Positions 1 to 12,838 of a DNA stretch of 64,000 nt are shown in pieces; the first letter of the stretch is position 1; each line of letters opens with the position of its first letter. Under the pieces are notes generated by a model. That model was not told the origin of the DNA, searched no databases, and was given only the letters and a program-made list of their open reading frames with translations. The position numbers and the translations under genes were made by a program. The DNA comes from Octopus vulgaris (taxonomy: Eukaryota): positions 39,928,001 to 39,992,000 of the forward strand of contig OX597836.1 in NCBI GenBank assembly GCA_951406725.2. Direction: 5' to 3'.

Positions 1-74
1 TGTCTGTCTGTCAGCTTATCTGTCTGTCTGTCAGCTTATCTGTCTGTCTGTCTGTCTTTTTGCCTCTGTTTGTA

Positions 75-117
<43 letters not shown>

Positions 118-307
118 CTGTCTGTTCATGTCTTCTTTCTATCAATGTTTATCACTGTCTTTTTGGCCTTCTGTCATTCGGCCTTCCGATTAGCTATGTC
201 CTTGAGCAAGAATCTTTATTTCTTGCTGCTCTGATCTTCTCGGTCATCAAGAATCAGTTATACCTCTAATTCAAAGGGTCAGCAATTTCACATTTTGTGT
301 CATAAAG

Positions 308-540
308 TGGCGAGGAGCTGGCAGAAACTTTAGAACGCCGGGCGAAATGCTTAGCGGTATTTCGTCTGCCGTTACGTTCTGAGTTCAAATTCCGCCGAGG
401 TCAACTTTGCCTTTCCTCCTTTCGGAGTCGATAAATTAAGTACCAGTTACGCACTGGCGTCGATGTAATCGACTTAATCTCTTTGTCTGTCCTTGTTTGT
501 CCTCTCTGTGTTTAGCCCCTTGTGGGTAGTAAAGAAATAG
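308..540 (+). mobile_element. tRNA-derived SINE, family A (my label)
   Basis: Head GGCGAGGAGCTGGCAGAAAC..TTAG, box-B-like GAGTTCAAATTCC, core CTTTGCCTTTC.TCCTTTCGG.GTCGATAAATTAAGTACCAG, tail CCCCTTGTGGG..TAAAGAAATAG. At least 7 related copies in the window. Confidence 0.85.
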
Positions 541-544
541 AAAT

Positions 545-690
545 TTTGTGTCACGCTGAATCTCCCTGAGAATTACATTAAGGGTACACGTGTCTGTGGA
601 TTACTCAACCATTTGCTCATTAATTGACGATCCGGGTGTTTCGGTGATCCGACCAACTGGAACTCTCATCGTCGTAAGCCATGGCGTAAC
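545..690 (+). mobile_element. 3' fragment of SINE family B, tail type i
   Basis: Matches 31672-31820 (TGTGTCACGCTGAAT..TAAGGGTACACGTGTCTGTGGA..GTCGTAA). Confidence 0.7.
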
Positions 691-864
691 AGTTTTATCC
701 TTATGTTCCTTAGCCTCTCTTTTCCTCTGACTGTCTGTCTTTCCCTCCATCTTTATGTAACTCTATGCATCAGCATCTCTGTCAGTCCTTCCTCCTCTAT
801 GCCATTCTACCTTTCAGTTACTCTATACGTTTGATTCTCTGTCTGCCGCACTCTCATATGTTGA

Positions 865-1199
865 GACCCCCTTCGGTCATGACTGACCGTGGGATTGCAC
901 CTAGAAAGTTACACTCCCAGGCACAAGTCTGGGCACGGTTGATTATGGAAGACCAGCAGTCGCCCATGCATACCAGCCTCCCCTCTCCACGTCACCGATG
1001 TTGTCCAAGGGAAAAGGCAACAGCAGATACAGCTTGGCACCTGTGACGTTGTAACTCATTTCTACAGCTGAGTGAACTGGAGCAACGTGAAATAAAGTGT
1101 CTTGCTCAAGAACACAGCACGCAGCCCGGTCCGGGATTCGAATTCCCAACCTCACGATCGTAAGCTCGACGCTGTAACCACTGAGCCATGCGCCTTCAC
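865..1199 (-). mobile_element. tRNA-derived SINE, family D
   Basis: Minus strand starts GTGAAGGCGCATGGCTCAGTGGT (box A) and contains ATTCGAATCCC (box-B-like) and GTGTTCTTGAGCAAGACACTTTA. Homologous to 19060-19402. Confidence 0.85.
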
Positions 1200-1445
1200 A
1201 ACATCGTGCTATATATATGTCACATATAGTAATTATCTCCACTGTTCACTATACCCATATACTGTAACCAGAAATTTTTGTTTTCAAGATTATTGAATGC
1301 CACCTCTATTAGAACATGTAAACATAAATATCTAGGCTAAAGTAAACAAAGCTGTATACTTTTAACCTCATTTTATTACTATATTCAACATTTAAGTAAG
1401 ATATAGTATTTACCGATTTTATTGAAGACTAAATTACATTATCCC

Positions 1446-1647
1446 TCTACAGTTGAGTGAAGTGGAGCAACGTGAAATAAAGTGTCTTGCTCAAGAACAC
1501 AGCACGCAGCCCGGTCCGGGATTCGAATTCCCAACCTCACGATCGTAAGCTCGACGCTCTAACCACTGAGCCATGCGCCTTCACAACATCGTGCTATATA
1601 TATGTCACATATAGTAATTATCTCCACTGTTCACTATACCCATATAC
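1446..1647. repeat. Local direct duplication of 1061-1262 (SINE D head plus flank)
   Basis: Near-identical sequence 385 bp downstream; the ORF track shows the same peptide at 1102 and 1487. Confidence 0.9.
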
Positions 1648-1894
1648 AAAAAGTGTGTCATCTCTTGTGAAGGGTAGGAGAGTCCAGTTTGCTGGACATT
1701 GTTGTAGAGCTGAAAAAGAAGTAATTTCTACTCTTCTCCTCTGGAAGCCATCTACTCGCAACACCAGAGGGCGCACACTCTCCTACCCTGATGTAATCTC
1801 CAGGGATACAGGCATCCAGCAACAGGACCTCCGTAATGCTATGATGGACCGTGAAGTCTGGCGCAACATGGTAAATTCCATTGTCTCGACCACG
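1648..1894 (+). mobile_element. 3' end of an RTE/RTE-X-like LINE ORF2 (5'-truncated relic)
   Basis: Translates SSLVKGRRVQFAGHCCRAEKEVISTLLLWKP..GRTLSYPDVISRDTG...AMMDREVW, typical of RTE-group C-termini. Further copies at 45599-45712 and 49303-49580. Confidence 0.75.
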
Positions 1895-2181
1895 TATATT
1901 CATTATCTATTACAGATCTGCTCTTAGGTTAATTACTAATAGATTTCAGCTGCGTAAAAACAACATTGAAGTAAGTGTGAATACTTTTTAAGAGATTACC
2001 AAACATCTAATTAGAAGTATTTTTAGGGTGAGGAGAGGGTATCATTTGCTCAACGACTAATATTATTTTGATTAATTCAGTAAGTGGATCAGGCAAATCT
2101 ATCTCCTTATATATGTGTGTGCATACATATATACATACGTAATATACATATATCTAAGAGAACAGAGTGTACGTACGCCGC

Positions 2182-2221
<40 letters not shown>

Positions 2222-2596
2222 AAAAACCCACCTATTATCAATTCAAAATGAACAATTAAATTACACCATCTAGAAAATTACATATAATAGAAATATTAAA
2301 ATCAAAATAACAAGAATATACCGATGATTAAGTATCTTGCAAAAAAAATAATAAAAACGTATATAATATATTATATTGTGTGAAATTTGATTTAGTATTT
2401 CTAAATTGAATTTTCCCCTGTAAGTTAGGATTAATATTCCCTCAAATAATTATGATGATATATATATATATATATGTATAATACAAAATGGGACAAGAAC
2501 GCAAAACATTTGGACGTCTAGGAGATACAAAAAGGGACAACAAAACAAAACATCCAGATAGAGGATACAAAGAAAACAATATATGTATGTGAGTGC

Positions 2597-2684
<88 letters not shown>

Positions 2685-3159
2685 ATGTGTGTGTATCGTC
2701 AGTAAATTATAAATCTGAAAGAGAAGTACACTCTAAGTTATAGAGCAGTAAAATTAGATAAAGGTAGTCGTGGCCGGTCTATGGGGTTACCCAGAGTTTC
2801 ACGTCCATAATGCGCTTAGCTTTACAACGTCTCTCGAGACTCTAAATGCCGGTGGTCTATATCCTCTCTTCAAAGTGGAGGAAGAAAAGTCCTCGTGGCT
2901 AGTTGCTTAACACACAGATAAAAGAAAAAGGTTAAGCGCCAGGGATTATAAGTATATATATATATATATTGATTTGAAAACCCCACTAGAATGGGAGAAA
3001 GCGCTAATGATCTGAATGATATGATCTGAATGATATGATATATATATGTAAAAAATGTAATATATAAATAAATATCTGTAAATATGAACCATCCGATCTT
3101 CTGATTACTTCATTTCTTCTAATATATATATATACATACATACATGTATACATACAGAT

Positions 3160-3590
3160 CAGGCTTCCTCACAGTTTCTGTCTACCAAATTCACTCACAA
3201 GAGTCGGCGTTATAGTAGAAGATACTCACCCAATTTTCGGCGTAGGGGGATTGAACCCGAAACCACCTGGTTGCAAAGCGAGCTACTTAATCACACAGGC
3301 TTGAGACTAAAACAATTATCCAGATCCTACCAAACCTGTTATAATATCGAAAATATAAGCAGTTATACAACTGGTGCGGTTCTCAAGCGACAAACACAGA
3401 TACACAAACATATACATACACACACACATTTATATATATACGTCGGGCTTCTTTCAGTTTCCGTCTCCCAATTCTACTCACAAGGCTTTGGTCGGCTCGG
3501 GGCTATAGTAGAAGACACTTTACAAAGGGACTGAACCCGGAACCATGTGGCTGGTAAGCCAGGTAGTTGCCACACAGCCACTCCCGCGCC
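3160..3590 (-). mobile_element. Two degenerate SINE family C fragments
   Basis: CTTCTTTCAGTTTCCGTCT..CACAAGGCTTTGGTCGG..GACTGAACCCGGAACCATGTGG match family C. Confidence 0.7.
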
Positions 3591-4221
3591 GATATGTAAT
3601 AATACACGAATTCTCAATGTTCATTAAATTGAAAAATACTTTAATACAATATCTGTCATTCTCGGGTTGAAAATGAAAAATGAATAAATACACAAAAATA
3701 CAGAAATTCAAAATTTTGAATTGGAAGAACCACGTTTCTTTCTAGATAAAAGGATGTCATACATTTATGCTTGTTCATAAATGGTAAGAAAATAAAATAA
3801 TAAAATAAATAAAAATGGAAGAAAAGAATCTAACTGAAAACAGGAAACAGAATATTTCGCTAAAACGTTTGGAGTAAATCCGATGAAATTCTTCTGTCAT
3901 TTTATTCATTCCTCGAAACCGTGACGCTAGTAACACACAAATATATATGTATTCTCAAGTGTCTGAGTGCTCAAAGTGCAGTGGAATCAGAATATCTTCT
4001 TAGAATGTTCACTTTGAAGTGGGATTTTTTTCAAATTTATATCCATTTGATGTAAAATGTTCGCCATGTTTCGTCGTAGTAATGTTATCGTGCCTGACAT
4101 CATACATATACTCGTTGAATCTTTTGCTTAATTTTCCCGTGGTGCAACCATCATAAATAAAGCTGCGTTTGGTGCATTCAGCTGCTTACACCAATTGGAA
4201 AATGTTACAGGATCGACCGGT

Positions 4222-4455
4222 ACAAATTGAGGTGGTTTCGTGGCAAAGAATTCATCAAGATATCTTTTTACGTCATCCAAGAAATTGAAATTTTTACCAT
4301 TAAGACTATTCTGCAGAGACGTGAATAAATGGAAATCCGAAGGAGCAATATCTGGTGAATATGGAGGGTGGGGTAACACATCCCAGCCGAGCTGCAGCAA
4401 TTTTTGTCTGGTTCCCAAAGCATCAAGTGCCAAAAAGGAACTTTCTTATCTTTTT
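4222..4455 (-). mobile_element. Mariner deletion-derivative fragment
   Basis: Encodes LGWDVLPHPPYSPDIAPSDFHLF (mariner YSPDLAP motif) and has the same internal deletion junction as 4612-5177. Confidence 0.85.
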
Positions 4456-4611
4456 TGTTATAATTTGTGATAGAGCCGACCTGATTTACGCTGTTGCACA
4501 ATGAGCAGATCTTACCTACCTTGCCACTGCTTTTAGGAATGCAGCGCTGTGAAACTCCAATGCAGTGTCTTTTTATTACTATTAGAGGTACTGGGAAATA
4601 GCTGTCTTATA

Positions 4612-5177
4612 TTGGGTTGTCCGGAAAGTTCGTGCCGATTTATAGTAGCTTATCTTTCGACTTATTTTAGAACATGTTTGAGTCCATAAACTAGGATTTG
4701 ACTACACCTCCATTTAGAGCACAGTTTAAGCTATCTTTTCGTGGAAGAGGGTTTATGTTCCTATAACCTGTGTTAATTCTGTAACCCTTTAAAATGGAAG
4801 ATAAGAAAGTTCACTTTCGGTACTTGATGCTTTGGGAACCAGACAAAAATTGCTGAAGCTCGGCTGGAATGTGTTACCCCACCCTCCATATTCACCAGAT
4901 ATTGCTCCTTCGGATTTCCACTTATTCAGGTCTCTGGAGAATAGTCTTAATGGTAAAAATTTCAATTCCTTGGATGACGTAAAAAGATACCTTGATGAAC
5001 TCTTTGCCACGAAACGACCTCAATTCTGGGAAGAGGGTAATTTCAAATTAAATGAAAGATGGAACGTATTGTGCAACAAAATGGTTCATATTTGATTGAT
5101 TAAAAAATGTAATGGCAAGTATTTATTGACCTTTTTCTTTCCTTTAAAAATCAGCACGAACTTTCCGGAGAACTCAA
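4612..5177 (+). mobile_element. Non-autonomous mariner with both TIRs and TA TSD
   Basis: TIRs TTGGGTTGTCCGGAAAGTTCGTGCCGATTT and AAATCAGCACGAACTTTCCGGAGAACTCAA, flanked by TA. N-terminal MEDKKVHFRYLMLW is fused to the C-terminal HPPYSPDIAPSDFHLFRSL. Confidence 0.9.
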
Positions 5178-5349
5178 TACTTTTGTTGCGTTTAAAGACT
5201 ACAAAATGAAGATGAGTTATTTGTTTGAAATATTTCTTCAAAATATGTGGGTAACATTCATGCAACACGTTTGAAGTGCCAGCGAAAGTCAGGTGCCAGT
5301 TAATCACTAAAGGAATTCGGTCCTAAATTTTGTTTTAACCTCTACAATT

Positions 5350-5760
5350 ACTCTTTACTCTTTTACTCTTTTACTTGTTTCAGTCATTTAACTGCGGCCA
5401 TGCTGGAGCACCGCCTTTAGTCGAGCAAATCGACCCTGGGATATATTCTTTGTAAGCCCAGTACTTATTCTATCGGTCTCTTTTGCCGAACCGCTAAGTG
5501 ACGGGGACGTAAACACACCAGCATCGGTTGTCAAGCAATGCTAGGGGGACAAACACACACACACACAAATACACATATATACATATATATACATATATAC
5601 GACAGGCTTCTTTCAGTTTCCGCCTACCAAATCCACTCACAAGGCATTGGTCGGCCCAGGGCTATAGTAGAAGACACTTGCCCAAGATGCCACGCAGTGG
5701 GACTGAACCCAGAACCATGTGGCTGGTTAGCAAGCTACTTACCACACAGCCACTCCTGCG
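5350..5760 (-). mobile_element. Full-length SINE family C
   Basis: tRNA-like head GCAGGAGTGGCTGTGTGGTAAG..GGTTCAGTCCC, internal (TA/TG)n, tail GGCGGTGCTCCAGCATGGCCGCAGT..GACTGAAACAAGTAAAAGAG repeats. Confidence 0.9.
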
Positions 5761-5899
5761 TAAGTGTAAAAATTTGGCATTTTTTGATATTTTAGCTTTG
5801 CCATTTGCGATTTCCTTTAATTGTGAACCGATATAATCGCGTCTGGCGTAATGGCGTTTAAAATCAATTGCATGTTTTTGATAATCCCCTATGTCTGTG

Positions 5900-6410
5900 T
5901 GACCTCCTTCGGTCATGAATGACAATGAAATTGCAACTAGAAAGTTACCCTCCGAGGTACAAGTCTGGGCAAGGTTTTTTATGGAAGACCAGAAGTCGCC
6001 CACGCATACCAGCCTCCCCTCTCCACGCCACAGATGTTATCCAAGGGAAAGGCAAAGGCCGATACAGCTTGGCACCAGTGACATCGCAGCTCATTTATTA
6101 ACGTGCAAGTGGCTGAGCACTCCACAGATACGTATACACTTAACGTAGTTCTCGAGGACATCCAGCATGACACAGAGTGTGACAAGGCTGGCCCTTTGAA
6201 ATACAGGTACAACAGAAACAGGAAGAAAGAGTGAGAGAAAGTTGTGGTGAAAGAGTACAGCAGGGTTCACCACAATCCTCTGCCGGAGCCTCGTGGAGCT
6301 TTAGGTGTTTTCGCTCAATAAACACTCACAATGCCCGGTCTGGGAATCGAAACCGCGATCCTACGACCGCGAGTCCGCTGCCCTAACCAGTGGGCCATTG
6401 CGCCTCCACA
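5900..6410 (-). mobile_element. SINE B (tail type i, 6096-6410) abutting the 3' half of SINE D (5900-6095)
   Basis: 6410-6096 reads GTGGAGGCGCAATGGCCCACTGGTTAGGG..GGTTTCGATTCCC; 5900-6095 matches 865-1060. Confidence 0.8.
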
Positions 6411-6519
6411 CCTATGTCTGTACAGATATTCTAAAAGAACGAGGATTCGGGATTTGATTTATATGTATGTTGTGGATGATCAGAGAGGCGATGAACATAA
6501 ATGTGACATGAGCAGGTTT

Positions 6520-6720
6520 TTAAGATAACTCTGTATGCGACTTTCTGAAAACTTTTGTCTAAAACATCGACATTAGCATTGAAAAATCGATGAGAATTGT
6601 ATGCCAAAAAGAAATTTTCCAGTTGCTGTTCGTTGATGACGTCTTTCTTGTCTGGAAAGGAACGCAGGATGGTTTAATTAAGTTTTTTTTCAAATGTTTG
6701 ACAGCTTCACGAAAATCTAT
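6520..6720 (+). pseudogene. Degenerate Penelope-like (PLE) reverse transcriptase fragment
   Basis: Frame from 6623 reads LLFVDDVFLVWKGTQDGLIKFF and, after a frameshift, SLHENL. This resembles the PLE RT catalytic region (RY[IV]DDIF.IW.G....L..F...N.LH..I). Upstream TLYATF resembles APTYA.L. Confidence 0.55.
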
Positions 6721-6940
6721 GGTTGAAAAGAAAACCTGAAACCACATAAAAAAGCAACAAACGATGTATAGGTGTATATGCATGTATGTATGTATGTATG
6801 TATGCATGTATGTATATGTGTGTAAGAATGTATGTATATATATATATATATATAGCCAGAGAGAAAAGTGTGCATGTATGAATGGCGGTGAGTTTGTGAG
6901 TATATATATATGTGTGCGCGTGAGCTTGTGTATATGTGCG

Positions 6941-6993
<53 letters not shown>

Positions 6994-7054
6994 CGCAGTG
7001 CGTACATTACGTGGTGTGATATGCGTTGCATGTTCTGGAATATATAAATATTTA

Positions 7055-7215
7055 TAGTGAAATCAAATAAACGAAGAATAGGATTGACAATAACCAACAA
7101 GAAGAGGATGTGCAGAAGGATTGTATTAGTTTGACACTCAGGAAAAAAAGAGAGAAATTTTGCAGTTTCGAGCATAGCACTTTGTTGGAAAGGAGAAAAA
7201 AATTCACCAACAGCA
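7055..7215 (-). mobile_element. Degenerate member of HHR-bearing short repeat family H
   Basis: Minus strand TTCCAACAAAGTGCTATGCTCGAAACTGC..TTCCTGAGTGTCAAACTAATAC is homologous to the 39318-39530 and 53930-54556 units. Confidence 0.55.
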
Positions 7216-7217
7216 CG

Positions 7218-7267
<50 letters not shown>

Positions 7268-7447
7268 TATATATATAATTATATATATATATATATATAT
7301 TATATGTTATATATTATATATACTTAGTGTATATATACATAGTATATATATATATATATATGTATATGCATATGTATATATATACATACATATAATATGT
7401 ATATGTATATGTGTAGATAGTTAGATAGATAGATAGATAGATTGATT

Positions 7448-7515
<68 letters not shown>

Positions 7516-8071
7516 TCTGTCATTATATGTACCAATAATGTTAAACGTTAAAACGTTAGATATTTATCTAATTCTATTTGTATCACGATGGTAACATATC
7601 AAACAATGTAATACATAAAGATTTAAAAAAATATGTAATTTAAATAACATAAATATTTAGAGTAACTTATCCACTCAGGCTCGATATGTGTATAGACGTT
7701 AGTAACGAAATGGAAGACATGCAAAAGAACCCCACAGTATGACCGGATTTCATCAGGGCTGTGTTTCACTTTCTGGCACCCAATGGTTTCATGCCGACGA
7801 ACATTAGCAATTCAAATTGCAAATGAAATTACTAAATAAGATGGATGAGGACTATATTTTCAAATATCCGAATAACGTAAATAATAAGTTGATTTTCGCT
7901 ATGATAAAACCACCTGTTTCAGAAAGTTATGATAAAGTCTGTTAAAAAGGATATATAAGTGTACATACATACGTACATACATATACAACCACACACGCAC
8001 GGGCTCCCCATACACATGCATATAGATATGTTGATGTGGTTGTATTTACGCATATATGAATAAAATTCCAT

Positions 8072-8505
8072 CATTAGGTAAGACAAGCTGACTGAATCAG
8101 CTTCACTGATTGACAGGTGACGGTCGTTTAGAAAAAGCGCGGGCTAAAACTACGCGCCTTCACTAGTCAGTTAAGGTGAGACAGTGTCACGTGAAAACTT
8201 GCTGGGGCTGCCTGCTGGAGCCTATGCGGCAGGTATTTAAAGGGAGAAATTTGACAAGACAGTCAGTCACCGGCTGACACTCGCTGACGATACATCGAAG
8301 AGGCCAGGGAACAGAAGAAAGAAGACATGCACCCAACACCAGAGCTGAAGACACCTCCGAAAGGTGGGGGGCCCCGCTACGTCAAAACGGTTGAGGAGTA
8401 GGGGCCGAAACCGGACGTGGTTCCTCCTGATGATGTCTTGAGCTAACTGGATCCTATAAAGGAGTTGTTGTGGTAGCAGACCACGAAACACGGTTGTAAT
8501 TCCTC
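8072..8505 (+). mobile_element. Unclassified GC-rich interspersed repeat F (possible PLE pseudo-LTR or solo LTR)
   Basis: Second copy at 46207-46520 shares the 3' end GTAATTCCTC. Contains TATTTAAAG plus CTGATGA and GAAAC half-motifs, and is flanked by a 96-bp direct repeat. Confidence 0.65.
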
Positions 8506-8831
8506 CATACATATACAACCACACACGCACGCACTCCCCATACACATGCACATATATATGTAGGTGTAGTTGTATTTATGCATATATGAATAAAATTCCA
8601 TGGTAGTCTACATCAGCGATTCCCATCCGTTTTTGCTGCAGGAATCGGTTTTTATGTGAGACAATTTTGCCCATAGAGCGGTGAATTACGCGAATAACAA
8701 AACGCAATGAAGTGCAAACAGCTAAATTAGACCTGTTTATAAAGGTATTGTATAGAGTAAATGTAATTTAATTATTACAAATATAATGCAAATGTAACTA
8801 TTAGATCGTACTGGGCGTACTTTATTTCAAC

Positions 8832-8865
<34 letters not shown>

Positions 8866-8868
<3 letters not shown>

Positions 8869-9005
8869 TGCAGGAGTGGCTATGTGGTAAGTAACTTGCT
8901 TACAAACCACATGGTCATGGGTTCAGCCCCACTACGTGGTATCTTGGGCAAGTGTCCTCTCCTATAGCCTCGGGCCGACCAGAAGACACTTGCCCAAGGT
9001 GCCAT
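8866..9005 (+). mobile_element. SINE C 5' fragment
   Basis: AGGTGCAGGAGTGGCTATGTGGTAAG..CTTGGGCAAGTGTC. Confidence 0.75.
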
Positions 9006-9101
9006 GTGGAAGACAAAGCCAAATCGAGAGGAAGACAAAGCCATTATGCAGTCTATGAGACAGACAGACAGATAGACAGACAGATAGATTGACAGATAGG
9101 C

Positions 9102-9252
<151 letters not shown>

Positions 9253-9644
9253 TCTCTGTCATTATATGTATCTTTAATGTTAAAGGTTAACGAACTGAAT
9301 CAGCAGCAAGCATTCATTGCCAGAAACATATTTAGATGCCTTGGCATTTTATTATATAATTCCAACAAGATATGCAATTTCACTCACAATAAAGCATTAT
9401 TCATCCTTCCATCAATCTTGTTTGTCCACTTGCTGGAGCAATGGGGTTAGACTCCTCAGGCATCTCCTCCATAGGGTTTAACATGGGCAATCGTCATAGG
9501 ACTTTTCTGGCTGGATTACTAGATTTCTTCTACTAAACGTACAAGGTGGTGAGGCATCACCATGGTCTCAAAAACTTTGATTCTTTATCCCGGCATGGCC
9601 GCAGTCCAATGACTGAAACAAGGTAAACGGTAAAAGATAAATGA

Positions 9645-10080
9645 TCAGAAGAAGAAGAGGTCGAAGTGGAGGAGGCAGAAAAGAGGGAGATGATGCGGGA
9701 AAAGTCGAGGAGAAGAAGTAGGAGGAGGAGGAGGTGGAAGAGGAAGTGGAAGATGATGAGGGGAGGGGAAGGAGGAGGAGAAGAAGGAGGCGGAAGGAGA
9801 GGAGGGGAGGAGGGGGTAAGGCGGAGGTGGAGGGGCGGAAGAAGGGGAGGAGAATGAGAATGAGGAGGAAGAGGAGAAGGGGTAGGAGGAAAAGGAGGAG
9901 GAAGAGGAGGGGAAGGAGGCGGAAGAGGAAGAGGAGGTAAAAGTGGAGGAGGAGGTGGAAGGTGGAAGGGGAGGAGGAAGTAAAGGAGGGCAGAAGCAGA
10001 ATAGCAGGAGGTGAAGGCGAGCGGGAGGGAAAGGAGATGGAGGTGTTAGAGGAGGAAGAGAAAGAAGACAGAGAAATGAA
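9645..10080. repeat. Polypurine (GGA/GAA) low-complexity tract
   Basis: About 430 bp almost entirely G/A on the + strand. Confidence 0.9.
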
Positions 10081-10341
10081 AAAAAAAACAGACGAGTGAA
10101 AAATGTGTATATGAGGAAAAACGATATTTTAGACATTTTGTACAAAGGAAAGAGAGACCGCTGTCAACGACCCTGATTCCATTGACCCAGCGGTTTTCTA
10201 GGTAAAAGACAGGTGTGTTTAATTGGGTGTGAAGATTTCGTGTGTTTGCATACTTTCTAGTGATTGTTTACTTCGGTTGAAACCAAATGAAAAGAAGGCT
10301 GTTTTGAGTCACCTGATACATCCGTCGCTATACATCCGTGT

Positions 10342-10650
10342 GTGGAGGCGTAATGGCCCAATGGTTAGGGCAGCAGACTTGCGGTCGTAGGATCGCGGTT
10401 TCGATTCCCAGACCGGGCGTTGTGAGTGTTTATTGAGCGAAAACGCTTAAAGCTCCACGAGGTTCCGGCAGGGGGTGATGACGATCCATGCTGTACTCTT
10501 TCGCCACAACTTTCTCTCACTCTTTCTCCTGTTGGCCTGCCCGCTGGATAAGCGAGCAGGCCAACAGAAGGCTAAAACAATGCGAAGCGCATTGTGACCA
10601 GCGATGTGTAGCAACATCTGATAGTCTGGTCGGTCTCGGTGATCACAGTG
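10342..10650 (+). mobile_element. SINE B, tail type ii
   Basis: GTGGAGGCGTAATGGCCCAATGGTTAGGG head; tail ACAATGCGAAGCGCATTGTGACCAGCGATGTGTAGCAACATC ends at TA-rich microsatellite. Confidence 0.9.
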
Positions 10651-11113
10651 ATATGCATACATATACATATATATATATATATAAGATATATATGCATGTA
10701 TGTATGACAAAATACAGTGTTTCTTACATGTTCGAAAAAACCTCAAGTATATACGAAAAGATAACAGACTTATATTCTTACACATCATTGCTTCGCGCTC
10801 TCACCACCATATATTAGGTATACATTATATTATACCTTTGATACTGTGTGAACTAAGATTCCTGTTGATAGGCCGTTGGTATTTATAGTGTTAAACACGC
10901 TATTCAAATTAGGGACTCCTTCATAGAGTAACTGCTGCATTTGTTGAGTATATAAACAGTTTGCCCGTTTGTTTCCCCGGAAGCTGTCAGAATGATATAG
11001 GCGCCACTGATAAGCACCCAATAAGGTTCGAAAATCGATTAAGGTTGTTCATCATTTTCTTCAGTTTGCGGAGAAATGGTTTAAATTTGCTCTGTTTATA
11101 ATTATGCCATATA

Positions 11114-11174
<61 letters not shown>

Positions 11175-11192
11175 CATACACATATATAGAGA

Positions 11193-11755
11193 GAGTGGTT
11201 GGACAAAATAATGGAAACACCTAGCATCATAATTTTGAAATATCTATAAAACCATCAAAAGCTTGTTTATTTTTATGTATTTTGATTTATTATTAGTGTT
11301 GCTTAATATGTTTTGCTAAAATTGCTGTTTCTCTTCAGATAGTATCAGAAAAAGGTAATTAAAATTCATTAAAATGACAGATCTATCGGATTTTCAAAGA
11401 GGTCGTCAAATTGTTGGTGCTCGTATGGCAGGCGCTAACGTAACAGAAACAACCAAAATGTTTGGTGTATCAAGAAGTACTGTCTCGAAAGTAATGACAG
11501 CCTTTGCGAAAGAGGGGAAAAAAACCCTCGTCGAAACAAAAATCCGGAAGAAAACCAAAACTTTCAGATAGGGACCGTCGAATTGTTAGAAAGGATCACA
11601 AAAGTACAGCTCCTAAAATTACTGCAGGGCTTAATGACCACCTCGAGAAACCACTTTCCTGAAAAACTGTTCGCTGGGAGCTGAACAACGCCAGATTTCA
11701 CGGGAGGGCTGCAATAAAAAAAAACACCATTTTCAAAAACAAACGTTGCAAAGCT
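11193..11755 (+). mobile_element. Tc1-family transposon 5' relic
   Basis: TIR-like AGTGGTTGGACAAAATAATGGAAACACC. ORF at 11374 MTDLSDFQRG..IVGARMAG..GVSRSTVSKV continues frameshifted into the second HTH (HKSTAPKITAGLN..KTVR.EL). Confidence 0.85.
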
Positions 11756-11930
11756 TAATTTATTCGACTAAATTTTTCAAGACGGTGCTCCAGCATGGCT
11801 GGAGTTCGAAGACTAGAAACGTGTAAAAGATTAAAAAGTATGCAATTGCGTTTCCTTTAGGTATCTGCGAAGACACTTAAAGGATAGGACAAGTTTTCTA
11901 GAGCCTAAAGTTATTATACAGAGTGGTGCA

Positions 11931-12370
11931 CGAAAAAGTATCCCGAGTTTCGTAGCATAGTGTAAATGCAGAAATAAATTTATACACATGACATAGCACC
12001 CAGCCTTTCGTTTGCAAGTGTCATTGAGTTATTTCAACCGAAAAAGTATCCTGGGTTTCGTAGCGTAGTGTAAATACAGAAAAACATTTTATTCACACGA
12101 CAAAGCACCCAGCTTTTCGTTTGAAAATGTCAAAGTGCTATTTTGACCGAAAAAGTAGCCCGGGTACCGTAACACACTGTCAATACAGAAATAAACTTTA
12201 CACACACGATAAAACACCCAACCTTCCGTTTGCAAGTGTCTTTGTGTTATTTCAACCGGAAAAATTATCCCGGGTTTCGTAGCTTACTGTAAATACAGAA
12301 ATATATTTACATACTCGTACACGAAAAAGTAGCCAACCTTTCCATTGCAAGCGTCACTGCATGGTTTCGA
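11931..12370 (+). repeat. ~109-bp tandem repeat, about 4 copies (subterminal array)
   Basis: Units start CG(A/G)AAAA..TA(T/G)CC at 11931, 12039, 12148 and 12257. Confidence 0.9.
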
Positions 12371-12838
12371 CCTCTTGTAAATGTTGACCAACGATGCCGC
12401 CCTTGTCGAATGTTTTCTACGTTATCCTCACTACCTCCTTAATACATTAGTTCATTGAAAGGTTGCATTAAATGTGCATTTCTAACCTTTTCTGAAAGAT
12501 AATGTACACAACAGCAGAATGGCTGGGGGATCGTGGAAGCGTATTTGAAAAGGGGTTCTGTTAAACAAACACATTAATTTTTTAAGGCCAACTTTCTGGA
12601 TAAAGGCTTGCCGGCAAAGGAAACGACACAAACGTTGGTTAAAAAGTGGCGCGCTATGGTGTCAGTGCACAACACCCCAAAACAAAGAGACCCTACAGTT
12701 CGAACGCCGAAATTTATGCATGACATTCGCTAAGGGATTACTCAAAGTCCAGAGAAGTCAACACTAAATTGGAGTAACAATATCTCATAAGCAGATCATG
12801 CCAACGGGTGTTGAGTAGACTAAAGTTGAAACTATATT

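Noticed and set aside
7750-7757. Isolated CTGATGA/CTGAAGA heptamers (also ~17737, 29237, 40417)
   Set aside because: No downstream stem II plus GAAA or stem I pairing was found.
11931-12370. 109-bp array as a CRISPR or satellite
   Set aside because: Whole units are homologous and the array lies inside a transposon end.
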